Below are positions 24,934-25,021 of a stretch of DNA of 25,021 nt, in pieces. Below the pieces are notes generated by a model, which was not told the DNA's origin, did not search any database, and was given only the letters and a program-made list of their open reading frames with translations. Location: positions 1-25,021 of IMG/VR virus record IMGVR_UViG_3300006118_000046; one strand, 5' to 3'. The stretch's first letter is position 1. Every line of letters starts with the position of its first letter. The translations under genes were made by a program, and so were the position numbers. The DNA is from a virus. Its lineage: Duplodnaviria > Caudoviricetes.

Positions 24934-24999
24934 ATTGTATCTCCTTACTTCCTGCCCCTGCGGGGCATACGGGTTTGATTGATGCGACGGGAGGGCGAC

Positions 25000-25010
25000 T
25001 TGACACTATA
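25000..25010. promoter_or_regulatory. Overlapping divergent promoter elements (partial)
   Basis: TTGACA on + (25000-25005) and TATAGT on - (25010-25005); the partner boxes would lie beyond the window end. Confidence 0.4.
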
Positions 25011-25021
25011 TCCAATCATGA

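Larger units (their letters stand above)
1..25021 (-). mobile_element. Tailed phage (podovirus-type) packaging and virion morphogenesis module; free phage versus prophage cannot be decided here
   Basis: Co-oriented, tightly packed terminase-portal-scaffold-capsid-adaptor-nozzle-fibre-ejection gene order; no host genes, integrase or att site in the window. Confidence 0.95.

Noticed and set aside
1-25021. Stop-codon reassignment, introns or inteins in TerL, portal or MCP
   Set aside because: Genes are full length in the standard code, TAA, TAG and TGA all end genes, and no unexplained gaps or intein motifs were seen.

Overview
The whole window is the packaging and morphogenesis arm of a GC-rich, short-tailed (podovirus-type) dsDNA phage or prophage, with all real genes on the minus strand. 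In transcription order (right to left): a 30-aa basic micropeptide, an Asp-box beta protein, a degenerate HNH gene overlapping a probable small terminase, a cassette of three small genes (FlbD-like / DUF2829 Tad2-like / FlbD-like), large terminase, FmdB-type Zn-ribbon protein, portal, a 10-aa basic micropeptide behind its own promoter, two small head genes, scaffold, major capsid, a capsid-linked Thr/Gly-rich protein, head-tail adaptor, short fibre, nozzle, small structural genes, a repeat-rich fibre ending in an AT-rich beta-helix tailspike, Ig-domain and other fibre proteins, a GNAT-like protein, and ejection proteins, one with an M15-type peptidase domain. No tail tube, sheath or tape-measure gene lies between head and ejection genes. 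The most notable observations are two micropeptides missing from the ORF track (MRKGRKHRRK and a 30-aa peptide ending RHRRRG), each first in a transcript with an identical TAAGGAG ribosome-binding site, and a candidate anti-defence cassette between the terminase subunits. All family calls come from motif recognition by eye and synteny; no searches were run.
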